The position numbers were made by a program, and so were the translations under genes. From Polymorphobacter sp. (GTDB lineage: Bacteria; Pseudomonadota; Alphaproteobacteria; Sphingomonadales; Sphingomonadaceae): a DNA stretch of 64,000 nucleotides. The notes under the pieces were generated by a model. It saw nothing but the letters and a program-made list of their open reading frames with translations, was not told where the DNA came from and made no database searches. The DNA lies in assembly GCA_049318305.1 (NCBI GenBank), contig JBMOGO010000004.1, positions 653 to 64,652 of the forward strand. The letters run 5' to 3'. Shown piece after piece: positions 46,271 to 54,808 of the stretch (the stretch's first letter is position 1; every line of letters begins with the position of its first letter).

Positions 46271-47742
46271 GCTGCGTCTCCAAAAATGTCGTAATCGCTA
46301 TCGGCGCGCATCACCGTCTGCCGCACCTGCCGTTCACGCCCCATCACACCGGCAATGCCGTGTCCGCCGCCCAGCAACAGATATTCATGGGCTTCGTTCA
46401 AATGGCTGAAATGGTTTTTCTCGGGCTTGGTGTCATAGCGCCCGGTGGCACCGCCAACCTTGATTTTCCGGTAATGATATCCGCTGTTATAACCCTTGCG
46501 CAGCTGCTTGCAGCTTGGGCACAAAACGAACGCCGGTTGCCCATCGACCAATGACCGCAGCGGCTTGCGCACCGCTTCCTGGCGCAAATGCGGGTTGTTC
46601 GTCGGCGTGCCCCTGAACCGGATGCCGGTCACCTTGCGCACCTTGGTCAGCCATGCCGGGTCGCCGCCTTCCTCGTCGCCGCCATATTCGTTCGACGGGT
46701 CCGACCAGCCATAAACATCATCCGGCGTCAGGTCGGGAAACCGCGACGCCAGCATCTGGTTGACCATTTCGCCGAACCGCGTTGGCCCGGTGCCGGGGTC
46801 GGTGGCAATTTCCGCCAGCGTGCGCCACCGGTCACCCGGCAGCCATTGCCCGAACGCCGCCGCCGGCGTTCCGCCGCCATCGATGCCTATGCCAATCGGC
46901 ACGCCCTTGATCGGTTGCAGGATCGTCGGCGCCACATGGATCGCGTCGTTATACTCGGGATAGACTGGCTTGCCGTTGCGGCTGAACCCCCAGCGATTAT
47001 GAACCATCCGCCGCGCCAGCCACTCGGCCAAAGATTTCAGCATCCGGTCATAATATCCCGGCGGCAAATTCTGCACATTCTCGGCGCCCGGCTCGGTGCC
47101 GCCCGGCTGCACGAACAGCTTGTAACCCTCGGCGCGCTGGCCGTCGCTGCCCGGTATCTGGTTCTCGACAAACAATTCGTGCAGCCAGTGATCGACCTCG
47201 GGCGCGTTGAAATCCAGCCACCCGCCATACCAGGTCGGCCCGCCGTGCAGTTTGGAAGGATAGCGGCCGACACGCTGCATCAGGAACGACAGCGCATCGA
47301 ATGACATGAGATCGAACTCGTTGCCGAAAAAACAGGTCATCTCATAGGACCGCAGCAGATTCTCGATACTGTCCTCGCCAAGCCCCATGAAATCGACAAT
47401 CAATTCGATCGGCTGCCCCTTGATGACTTCAAAATTCAGCACATGCTTGGCCGGTGGCCCGCCGACCCAATGCCCCATAGTCTCGGGAAACCAGCCATGC
47501 CACGTCGGCAGGATCGTGCGTTTCAGGTTGGTGAACGTGTCGCGGATGACCAGCGCCTTGCACCGCCGCACGCCATCGATCGGGCTGGGCCGCTGCACCG
47601 CCGCCACCTTGATGATTTTCATCAACGCCGCCGTCGTCTTGCCGCTACCCACCGGCCCCATGATCGCCGTGCAGAAATCCGGCGCATCGGTGAACCTGTC
47701 GGCAACCGGCCCCGGCGGCTTCCAGTCGATGATGAAACTCAC
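46267..47742 (-). CDS. terL: terminase large subunit
   Basis: 491 aa from the GTG overlapping the upstream TGA. Walker A IMGPVGSGKT near the N-terminus, Walker B-like LVIRD, C-terminal nuclease-domain-sized region. The frame stays open 83 codons further upstream. Confidence 0.85.
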   Translation of the reverse strand: MSFIIDWKPPGPVADRFTDAPDFCTAIMGPVGSGKTTAALMKIIKVAAVQRPSPIDGVRRCKALVIRDTFTNLKRTILPTWHGWFPETMGHWVGGPPAKHVLNFEVIKGQPIELIVDFMGLGEDSIENLLRSYEMTCFFGNEFDLMSFDALSFLMQRVGRYPSKLHGGPTWYGGWLDFNAPEVDHWLHELFVENQIPGSDGQRAEGYKLFVQPGGTEPGAENVQNLPPGYYDRMLKSLAEWLARRMVHNRWGFSRNGKPVYPEYNDAIHVAPTILQPIKGVPIGIGIDGGGTPAAAFGQWLPGDRWRTLAEIATDPGTGPTRFGEMVNQMLASRFPDLTPDDVYGWSDPSNEYGGDEEGGDPAWLTKVRKVTGIRFRGTPTNNPHLRQEAVRKPLRSLVDGQPAFVLCPSCKQLRKGYNSGYHYRKIKVGGATGRYDTKPEKNHFSHLNEAHEYLLLGGGHGIAGVMGRERQVRQTVMRADSDYDIFGDAA

Positions 47743-48095
47743 AGCCTCACCCCGCGCCCGCTTGCCCGTTCGCCGAAATTTTCCGCCGCCGGCCTCGCCT
47801 CCACCCCGCCCCCGGCTGCACTTGCCCAAACCTTCGCGATTTTTTTTCCCGAAAATTTGGCACCCTCTGCGGCGATGGCGATCAAGGAAAGCGGCGCGGC
47901 TTGGGGGGGGGCACCCCCCGCGCCGGCGCGCGCCACCGCGATCGATAGCGCCGCGCCGATCAGCGCCCCAGCTGCGCCGCCGCCGATCCATGCCATTAGC
48001 CCCGATAGCTTACGACGCCGCGCCGATTGTGCTGCGATATCATGCACTTGCGCCGCGCTGTTAGTCGGCGGCTGTTCATCGGCCCGCCGCATCAC
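47739..48095 (-). CDS. small membrane protein between terS and terL, containing A8 and C9 homopolymers
   Basis: 118 aa. One TM LMAWIGGGAAGALIGAALSIAVA. Overlapping stop/start with both terminase genes. Confidence 0.5.
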   Translation of the reverse strand: MMRRADEQPPTNSAAQVHDIAAQSARRRKLSGLMAWIGGGAAGALIGAALSIAVARAGAGGAPPQAAPLSLIAIAAEGAKFSGKKIAKVWASAAGGGVEARPAAENFGERASGRGVRL

Positions 48096-48619
48096 TGGTC
48101 AACCCCTTGATTTTGCAGCATTGCCGACAAGCCCCAAGCGCTGCCGCCTTCCACCGCCTCACCGCTATCCGCGCCATGGATCACCAGGCTGATTGTCCCC
48201 CGAGCATCGACCGCAACCCCGATCGGCATCTTGCTTTCAATGAACGGCGCCAGTTCCGCCGCCGCCTTCACCTGCGCGGTAAAGGCTTCCAGCTTGGTGC
48301 AGCCCAATTCCGCCGCCAGCGTCTCCACCGGCCGGCTATAGGCTTGCGCCAGCACTTCCAGCGGGTGCGCATATTTCGACAACAGATAGTCGCGCCAGGC
48401 GGCGGTGCGCTTGTTCGTCGCCCCCTTCGGCCGGCCTGCCGCCCGCACGGCTTCAACCGCGTGCCCGGCGTTCCGATCCGCCCGGCCATCCCGCGCCGCC
48501 TCGATCGCCAGCGCATCGCCCAGCGGTAGCAGCTGCTCGATCTTCACCGGCGCCGCCATCGGCCCGGCCTCGGCCATCGCCTGGGCCACCGCGCTGGCGA
48601 TGCCCTCGCCGCCGCTCAT
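48092..48619 (-). CDS. terminase small subunit (putative)
   Basis: 175 aa. First gene of the late operon, directly upstream of terL. Basic helix GRPKGATNKRTAAWRDYL of the kind seen in TerS DNA-binding domains. Confidence 0.5.
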   Translation of the reverse strand: MSGGEGIASAVAQAMAEAGPMAAPVKIEQLLPLGDALAIEAARDGRADRNAGHAVEAVRAAGRPKGATNKRTAAWRDYLLSKYAHPLEVLAQAYSRPVETLAAELGCTKLEAFTAQVKAAAELAPFIESKMPIGVAVDARGTISLVIHGADSGEAVEGGSAWGLSAMLQNQGVDQ

Positions 48620-48639
48620 ATCCGCCCCCTATTTAATCC

Positions 48640-48686
48640 GGTCACGCCGTCACGCCCGCCGTTACTTGGCCGTGACCGCGTGACCG
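48640..48686. repeat. four copies of an 8-mer (2 direct GTCACGCC + 2 inverted CGTGACCG) forming a 15-bp imperfect inverted repeat upstream of terS
   Basis: GGTCACGCCGTCACG (48640-48654) and CGTGACCGCGTGACC (48671-48685) match 14/15 as reverse complements. Located 21-67 nt upstream of the terS start. Confidence 0.7.
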
Positions 48687-48742
48687 CCGCCGCGCCCTAA
48701 TCTTGATTGAAACCAACGGGTTGGGGCGCGGGCGAAAGAGGC

Positions 48743-48771
48743 TTGCAATCCCCCATCCGCGCCTATATATA
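48743..48771 (+). promoter_or_regulatory. sigma70-type promoter of the ardC operon, overlapped by the perfect palindrome GCCTATATATAGGC
   Basis: TTGCAA (48743-48748), 17-nt spacer, TATATA (48766-48771). 14-bp palindrome at 48761-48774. About 50 nt upstream of the ardC ATG. Confidence 0.5.
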
Positions 48772-48824
48772 GGCTCAAGGCGTCGGCATTTGGCCGCGCC
48801 TCTGGTCAAGCAAAGGACCGCGCA

Positions 48825-49745
48825 ATGCGCCAAGATATCTACGAAGAAGTCACCGCCTCGATCGTCGCCGCGCTGGAAGCCGGTGAACGCCCCTGGGCGC
48901 CGCGCTGGTCGGGCATGAACGCCAACCCCATGCGCCTGCCGGAACGCTGGAACGGTGCCAGCTACAACGGGATTAACATTCTGCTGCTCTGGTCGGCCGC
49001 GCAGCGCCATGGCTATGCCGCGCCGCGCTGGCTCACCTTCAAGCAGGCGCTTAACCTGGGCGGCAACGTGCGCAAGGGCGAAAAGTCGTCGCGCGTCGTC
49101 TTTGCCGGTGCCGTTGAACGGGAGCGGGAAGGCGAGGGCGGCACCACCACCACAACCCGCATCCCGTTCCTGAAAACCTACGCGGTTTTCAACGCTGAAC
49201 AGTGCGAGGGGCTGCCGGCGGATTTCACCCCGGCGCCGCCGGTGTCGCAAATCGAAGCAAGCGCGCGCCTGCAAGAGTGCGATACCTTTTTCGCCAACAC
49301 CGGCGCCAGCGTCGCGGAGAAGGACCTGGGCGGCGCCTTCTACAGCCCGGCCGATGACGCGATCACCCTGCCGCCGTTCGTCACCTTCCGCAACCCAGCG
49401 ATTTACTACGCGACGCTGGCGCATGAAACCGTCCACTGGACCGGGCACAAATCGCGCCTTGATCGGCGCTTTGATGGTGGCCAGCGGTTCGGCGGCGAGG
49501 CTTGCGCCATGGAAGAATTGGTCGCCGAATTGGGCGCGGCGTTCCTCTGCGCCGGCTTCGGCATCGTCGCCGAAACCCGCGTCGATCATGCCGCCTATGT
49601 CGCCAGCTGGTTGAAGGCGCTCAAGTCCGACAAGCGCGCGATTTTCACCGCCGCCAGCGCCGCCAGTCGCGCCGCCAATTACCTGCTCGGGCTGCAACCC
49701 GGCGCGATCGCCACCGCGCCGGCCGATGAGATGGCCGACGCCTGA
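48825..49745 (+). CDS. ardC: ArdC-like anti-restriction protein (N-terminal ssDNA-binding domain plus zincin metalloprotease domain)
   Basis: 306 aa. N-domain pattern ERPWAPRW...NGASYNGINILLLW...RWLTFKQALNLGGNVRKGEK. C-domain HETVHWTGHKSRLDR. Confidence 0.85.
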   Translation: MRQDIYEEVTASIVAALEAGERPWAPRWSGMNANPMRLPERWNGASYNGINILLLWSAAQRHGYAAPRWLTFKQALNLGGNVRKGEKSSRVVFAGAVEREREGEGGTTTTTRIPFLKTYAVFNAEQCEGLPADFTPAPPVSQIEASARLQECDTFFANTGASVAEKDLGGAFYSPADDAITLPPFVTFRNPAIYYATLAHETVHWTGHKSRLDRRFDGGQRFGGEACAMEELVAELGAAFLCAGFGIVAETRVDHAAYVASWLKALKSDKRAIFTAASAASRAANYLLGLQPGAIATAPADEMADA

Positions 49746-49798
49746 CAGTGCCCGCGCCGCCCCTCGTCCTGCCGGGCGAGGGGCTAGGCGGTCACTGT
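49745..49798 (+). terminator. compound hairpin after ardC (possible terminator/attenuator or processing site)
   Basis: ACAGTG-8 nt-GCCCCTCG-loop-CGAGGGGC-8 nt-CACTGT: nested 6-bp and 8-bp stems. No U-tract. Confidence 0.3.
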
Positions 49799-49820
49799 TG
49801 GCCGATGAAGGGAAAGCATC

Positions 49821-49997
49821 ATGATTACCGCCGGGCAATTCATCATCACCCAAGAGAGGGAACGGCTGCTTTGCATCGCTGCGCGCGATACCGGGTGGGG
49901 CGATTTCCGTGAAACGGAAACCGGGCCAATCTACACCCTGCCGCTGGACGGCTTGCGCGTCGCGCGCGACCAGCGCACACCGCTGCCGCGAGCCTGA
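49821..49997 (+). CDS. hypothetical small phage protein (58 aa)
   Basis: ATG preceded by GAAGGGAAAG. MITAGQFIITQERERLLCIAARDTGWGDFRETETGPIYTLPLDG... Below the ORF-track size cutoff. Confidence 0.4.
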   Translation: MITAGQFIITQERERLLCIAARDTGWGDFRETETGPIYTLPLDGLRVARDQRTPLPRA

Positions 49998-50000
49998 CCC

Positions 50001-50213
50001 ATGCGCCGCCAATCCCGCTACGCGCACCACCGCCCCGCACCGCCGGCCGTCACCCTGACGGCCGGCGAGGTCGCCGCCCTCGCCGATATGCTGGCCTGCG
50101 GCCTCGCCGCCGATCACTGGCGCCAATTCCTGCCCGGCCGGCCGTGGCGCGCGATCCTCGCCGCGCGTGACAGCCTCACCGCCGCCGGGCTGCGCCGGCC
50201 GGACCCGCTCTAG
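50001..50213 (+). CDS. hypothetical small phage protein
   Basis: 70 aa. Starts 3 nt after the previous stop. Confidence 0.4.
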   Translation: MRRQSRYAHHRPAPPAVTLTAGEVAALADMLACGLAADHWRQFLPGRPWRAILAARDSLTAAGLRRPDPL

Positions 50214-50230
50214 CTGGCACGCGGCGCCGG

Positions 50231-52111
50231 TCATGGCGCCTCGTCCCAATCGATCAACAACCCCACCGGCACGATCGTGCCGCGCCGGTTCATCCCGCCG
50301 ATCTTCAAACTCTGCGCCGGCACTTCGGCGCCGGTCACCCGCCGCAACACCGTCACCCAGCTGCCGGGTGCGCCGGGCACGCCGGGCCAGGGCGTTTCGT
50401 GATAGATGCGCGCCAGCTGCGGATGCTCGTTGCACACCACGATTGCGCGCTGGGCGATCGGCAACAGATCACGGTCAACCTTGCCCGTCACCTTGCCGCT
50501 CGGGTCGCGCTCCACCATCGGTTTCAGCCCGACCACGCCCAGCGCCGCCACCGCATCGCGCCGGCGGTCAAGGTCAATTTTGCCCTCATTGTCGAACGCC
50601 GCCGCCTGCTTCAACCAGCTGGCAACGGTGCGGCGCACGCCAACCCCGCGATCGACTTGCGATTGCAGCAGATGGACAAGGCAACGGTCCTGGTCCTTGT
50701 CGCTTTCGGCGCGGGCCGGGGCCACCATGCGCGCCACGTCGGCGGCGATCGGCGCCAGGTCGTCATCGTACAGCAGCGTGTTGTGGATCATCAAATCGGC
50801 GCAGGCGAGCAGCGTGCCATAAGTGTCCTGCAACCGCGCATCAAAGCCGGGGTGCGCTTCAAGGGCGCGCTTGTAAGCCGCCAGCGTCGCCGGAAAGCGC
50901 GGCCATTGGTCGATCATCCGCCGCATGATCCGCGCGCCCATCTTGGCCATGCGCGGTTTTGATATGTCGGGCATCACCCCGGTGGCATCGGCCTTCTGGT
51001 CCAGCGGCAGCAGCTGCGTGCGCACCATCCGGCTTTCATCCTGCGATTGCAGCGCCACCGGCACGATCGAAGTCAGGAACGCGCCGAACTGCACGCTGAA
51101 CGATCGGCCGATATGGTCATCGCCGCCGCGCAGCACCACGCCGCCGGATGACGCCTGGCGCAGCACGCCGACCACTTCGGCCTTGCGCTTGGGGTTCATG
51201 CCGGCCTCGAACTCGTCAAGGAACAGCGGCTGCGCCCGGCCGGCCATCAGCTGATAGATTGACGCCGGCGTCACGTCGGATGATTTCAACAGCCAGTTGC
51301 CGAACAGCCGTTCGATCATTTCCAGCAGCGACGATTTCCCGGTGCCGCGCTCGCCGTCGCAAATGATATGCGTGCGCCAGCGCAGCGCGCCGGTCACGAA
51401 ACCTTGGCATATCCAGCCCAGCACCAGCATCGCCTGCAACCCGTCGCGCCAGTGCCAGGTGTTGAGCAGCCCCAGCATTTCGGCGCCAACGTCCAGCCCT
51501 TCGGCTTCCACCGCCGGCCTCGTCGCCGGCGGCATCGCCGGCAAAATCCAGTCGCCATAACGGCCGGGCGGCTTGTATTCGCCGCCCATCCAGACGCGAT
51601 CGCCCAGGTGCAAAATCAGATTGTCGGCCTCGTCGCTCCACGCGCCGACGCTGCGCACCTGCTTGGCCGGGTCGATCAAGCCTTGCCGGCTGCACGCCGC
51701 CATAAAGGCATCGGCCGCGCTGTCGGCATGGAAGCCGCGCACCGGGTTGCCGTCCTTGTCGGTCTTGCCCTGCCACGCCATCAAGATATCGATCTGGTCG
51801 CCGAACAGCTGCACGATCATCGCGCGGCCGTGCTTGTCGGCGGCAAGCGCCGCCAGCTGGCGGTGCGCGTCCAGATAATAGAACACCGTGCCATTGCGGC
51901 CCAGCGGTTCGACCGGCAGGTTATCGGGCAATTCAAGCCGGATGATCGCCGCGCTGCGCCGGGACCGGGCACTGTCGGAACGGTCGCTTTTCGGTGTCGC
52001 CGGCGGCGGCGCGCGTGTCGGTTTCGCCGCCTGCGCTTCGGCTTCTGGCGCTGTCGGCACCGCCTCGGCATCGTCCAGCGCGGCAGCGATCGGCATCAGG
52101 CTGCCGGTCAT
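50231..52111 (-). CDS. P-loop NTPase, putative SF3-type replicative helicase
   Basis: 626 aa from MTGSLMPIAAALDD. Walker A ICDGERGTGKSSLLEMI, Walker B PLFLDEFE. Follows the toprim primase gene. Confidence 0.6.
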   Translation of the reverse strand: MTGSLMPIAAALDDAEAVPTAPEAEAQAAKPTRAPPPATPKSDRSDSARSRRSAAIIRLELPDNLPVEPLGRNGTVFYYLDAHRQLAALAADKHGRAMIVQLFGDQIDILMAWQGKTDKDGNPVRGFHADSAADAFMAACSRQGLIDPAKQVRSVGAWSDEADNLILHLGDRVWMGGEYKPPGRYGDWILPAMPPATRPAVEAEGLDVGAEMLGLLNTWHWRDGLQAMLVLGWICQGFVTGALRWRTHIICDGERGTGKSSLLEMIERLFGNWLLKSSDVTPASIYQLMAGRAQPLFLDEFEAGMNPKRKAEVVGVLRQASSGGVVLRGGDDHIGRSFSVQFGAFLTSIVPVALQSQDESRMVRTQLLPLDQKADATGVMPDISKPRMAKMGARIMRRMIDQWPRFPATLAAYKRALEAHPGFDARLQDTYGTLLACADLMIHNTLLYDDDLAPIAADVARMVAPARAESDKDQDRCLVHLLQSQVDRGVGVRRTVASWLKQAAAFDNEGKIDLDRRRDAVAALGVVGLKPMVERDPSGKVTGKVDRDLLPIAQRAIVVCNEHPQLARIYHETPWPGVPGAPGSWVTVLRRVTGAEVPAQSLKIGGMNRRGTIVPVGLLIDWDEAP

Positions 52112-52256
52112 GCCGTCGCCACCGGTATCGCAAAGACAAAGGCGCGGTGCGCCGTGCTTGCTTTCAGAAACGCTTTCAGGGTCAGAGCGGTTTCTGCTTG
52201 CTCTGGCAGCGGCTGCATCCACCACCAGGGGCGTGCAAGCCGGGGATTATTGGCGC

Positions 52257-53399
52257 TCATGCCGTCGCCGCCTGCGGCGCTGGCGCCTGCAAATGCTGCA
52301 ACCAGGCGTTGAAATCCTTGTGCGGCAACGGCGCCCGCGCCACCCGCACGGTGCGGCCCTGCGCCTGCAACCGCGCAATCGCTTTCGGCAACCCGCTGAC
52401 GGCGGCACCGCTGCCCGGCTTGTCATTGTCGGCCGCGATCGTCACATGGGTCAGGCACGGCGGCAAATTCACCGCCTGCATGTTGGGCAGCGATGCCGTG
52501 CAAACGATCCGCCGCTCGGGCGCGGCAATCGCCAGCGACAGTCCGTCCTCGATGCCCTCACATATCGTCACCGATCGGTCGGCTTCAACCGCTGGCCAAT
52601 CGAGCGACAATTCGGCATCCCACAAGGCTGACCAGCCCAGCTTGGAATCGCCGCGCCACAACGGAATGACGCCGCCGGCCAACGGCCCCAATGACATTTT
52701 CGGGTATTTGACACGCAGTTTTTCGGCTTTGCCGGGGCCGGTGACTTCCAGAAAGGTCCGGTGCACCGATGTGATGATGTTGCGCTGCATCACCGCTGCC
52801 AGCATAGCCGGCACATTCTTCTGCACCTCGCCGTTCCACGCGCCCGCGGTAAAAGTCAAACACCCCGGCACCCGGCCCAGCTGGCGCATAGCGATGCCCC
52901 GACCGTGCAGATAATCCGCCGCCGCTGTCTTGGTGAACCCGCCCCAGGCATCGGTGAAACTCTTGCCACCGCGAAACATGCGCGCTGCCTTGTCGCGGCG
53001 CTCGGCATCGTCCATCGCGCTTTCGTCAACATTCTTTGCCCGCTTCGCACTGGCGGCTTGCGTCGCCACGAACCGCGCCGGGTCCAGCCCGTCCAGCCCC
53101 AGCCATGACCGTGCCCAGCGGATCGCCGACCCCTTGTCACCGCCAAACCGCACCGCCGCAATCAGGTCGATCGCGTCGCCGCCCTGGCCGGTGGCAAAAT
53201 CCATCCACACCCCGGCACGGTGCCCCATGTTCACCATCATGCTGGCGCCGGGCGAACCATCCACGCCGCCGATCGCCCATTCATGGCCGTGCTTTTTGCC
53301 GTGCGGCAACAGGTCGTGGCACAGGTTTTCAATCTGCGCCGTCAACTGCCCGGCAATCTCGGCCACCGGAATAGCATAGGGCGCGCGTGTTTCGGTCAC
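52257..53399 (-). CDS. toprim-domain DNA primase-like protein
   Basis: 380 aa from the GTG overlapping the upstream TGA. N-terminal region GVWMDFATGQGGDAIDLIAAV. Toprim acidic motifs VTICEGIEDGLS and TIAADNDKPG. Confidence 0.65.
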   Translation of the reverse strand: MTETRAPYAIPVAEIAGQLTAQIENLCHDLLPHGKKHGHEWAIGGVDGSPGASMMVNMGHRAGVWMDFATGQGGDAIDLIAAVRFGGDKGSAIRWARSWLGLDGLDPARFVATQAASAKRAKNVDESAMDDAERRDKAARMFRGGKSFTDAWGGFTKTAAADYLHGRGIAMRQLGRVPGCLTFTAGAWNGEVQKNVPAMLAAVMQRNIITSVHRTFLEVTGPGKAEKLRVKYPKMSLGPLAGGVIPLWRGDSKLGWSALWDAELSLDWPAVEADRSVTICEGIEDGLSLAIAAPERRIVCTASLPNMQAVNLPPCLTHVTIAADNDKPGSGAAVSGLPKAIARLQAQGRTVRVARAPLPHKDFNAWLQHLQAPAPQAATA

Positions 53400-53722
53400 G
53401 CCGCCGCCTCGTCGTCGCAAAGGTCGCGGCGATCCTGCCACGCGTAACGCGCCGCCGCGTGCCACCGCGCATCGGTCGCCGCTTCGATCGCCGCCTTGTC
53501 GATCCCGCCGGGCTGCCCGTCCAGGCTGTTCTGCGCCGCCAGCGCCAGCGTCGCGCATGGCGATGGCCACAGGCTTTGCACCGGCGCGGCGGCATCCAGC
53601 GCCGCCTCTAACCGGTTGCGCGCTGCCTTGATCGATAGCCCATGGTCGCGGTGCGCCGGCAACCAGAATAACAGCACCGATGCCAGCAATTCCTGAAAAG
53701 CGGGATCTATCCGCCGGCTCAT
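53396..53722 (-). CDS. hypothetical phage early protein
   Basis: 108 aa. Coupled to the primase gene. Confidence 0.4.
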   Translation of the reverse strand: MSRRIDPAFQELLASVLLFWLPAHRDHGLSIKAARNRLEAALDAAAPVQSLWPSPCATLALAAQNSLDGQPGGIDKAAIEAATDARWHAAARYAWQDRRDLCDDEAAA

Positions 53723-54096
53723 GGCTCGCCCACCGACTGCCCCGGCACCAGCGCCGCAAACTGCAACAGCCGCTGCCCGATCCGCCCGGCCTCGGCCTGC
53801 GTCATCGAAAGCAGGTAACCGCGATCGCCGTCATGGCCATGGACTTCCACGGCAAAGCTGGCGCCATCCCGGTGCAGGCAAACCCCGGCGCCAGCGGCCA
53901 GCTTGACACGCCGCACATCGGCTTTTGGCCCCACCCGGCTGAACGCCGCCAAATCGATATTGCCCAGCTGGCCGCTGCTGTTGCCAGCCATCCGCTGGCC
54001 GGGGACGGCAGCCGCCGCGCCGCCCCCGGCTCTACCCGGCGCATCCGGGAGGGATACTGCGCCGGGCTGTTCCTGAAATCCCCCCCGCGCGGCCAT
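53719..54096 (-). CDS. hypothetical phage early protein
   Basis: 125 aa ORF directly downstream of the cro-like gene. An internal start (MAGNSSGQ) is possible. Confidence 0.35.
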   Translation of the reverse strand: MAARGGFQEQPGAVSLPDAPGRAGGGAAAAVPGQRMAGNSSGQLGNIDLAAFSRVGPKADVRRVKLAAGAGVCLHRDGASFAVEVHGHDGDRGYLLSMTQAEAGRIGQRLLQFAALVPGQSVGEP

Positions 54097-54330
54097 CTAT
54101 GCCGCCCGCGCCATGCGCTGCAACGCCTTGGGGTAAAAGTCATTGGGCTGCACGGCGCCGCCGGTTATCTCGACAATCCGCGCCATCAATTCCTGCGGCG
54201 GCACGGTGGCGCCGCGTTCCCAGCTGTACCAGGTCTGCCGGGCTACCGGCACCATTTGTGCCAACTGTTGCACAGTTAACACTTGGCTTTCGCGCCACCT
54301 TTTGAGAGCATTTGCGGCCGGGCTGGACAT
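54097..54330 (-). CDS. Cro/YdaS-like HTH regulator
   Basis: 77 aa. HTH LTVQQLAQMVPVARQTWYSWERG. Divergent from the cI-like gene. First gene of the replication operon. Confidence 0.6.
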   Translation of the reverse strand: MSSPAANALKRWRESQVLTVQQLAQMVPVARQTWYSWERGATVPPQELMARIVEITGGAVQPNDFYPKALQRMARAA

Positions 54331-54428
54331 GGACCGGGTTTGTAAGCGATATGATTACGGGAGCGCAAGAGCAGATAATCGATTGGGGGGCTAATAAAGT
54401 GACAGCGGTAATCGTACAATTTATCCCA
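54331..54428. promoter_or_regulatory. divergent cI/cro control region
   Basis: 98 bp, visibly AT-rich compared with the roughly 66% GC flanks. Contains TGTAAGCGA (54341-54349), TAATCG twice (54376, 54409) and CGGTAAT (54406). All recur upstream of the rightward early operon at 55005-55051. Confidence 0.55.
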
Positions 54429-54773
54429 ATGGGACAAGCACCGAACCGCATCCGCGAGCTTCGAATGAAGGCGGACATGAGCCAGGACGAACTGGCCGGC
54501 CTCGTCGGCTGTTCCAAGATGCAGATATCGGGGCTGGAACGCGGCAAGCCGAAACTTAACCTGTTGTGGATGCAGCGCCTCGCTGCACCGCTCGGCGTCG
54601 CGCCGGCCGAACTGCTGCTTGCGACCGATAATCCCAATGCCGCCCGCGATGATGAAGAATTGCGGCTATTGGCATTGTTCCGATCGGCACCCGATGAACT
54701 GCGCGGCCAATTTCTGCAAGTCGGTGAAGCCCTTGCCGGTTTTGCCGAACGCGCGGGCAAGGTCGCGGCCTGA
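54429..54773 (+). CDS. XRE-family HTH repressor (cI-like, no peptidase S24 domain)
   Basis: 114 aa. IRELRMKADMSQDELAGLVGCSKMQISGLERGK. Helical C-terminal tail only. Confidence 0.7.
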   Translation: MGQAPNRIRELRMKADMSQDELAGLVGCSKMQISGLERGKPKLNLLWMQRLAAPLGVAPAELLLATDNPNAARDDEELRLLALFRSAPDELRGQFLQVGEALAGFAERAGKVAA

Positions 54774-54808
54774 TCGCGGCCGGCATCTGGCTGGCGCTCT
54801 GCCTTGCC

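Noticed and set aside
48642-50435. 597-aa minus-strand ORF spanning the ArdC operon
   Set aside because: It is Arg/Gly/Ala/Pro-rich with no domain pattern. It lies antisense to the clearly recognisable ArdC gene and to a promoter region. Long stop-free antisense frames are typical of 65% GC DNA.
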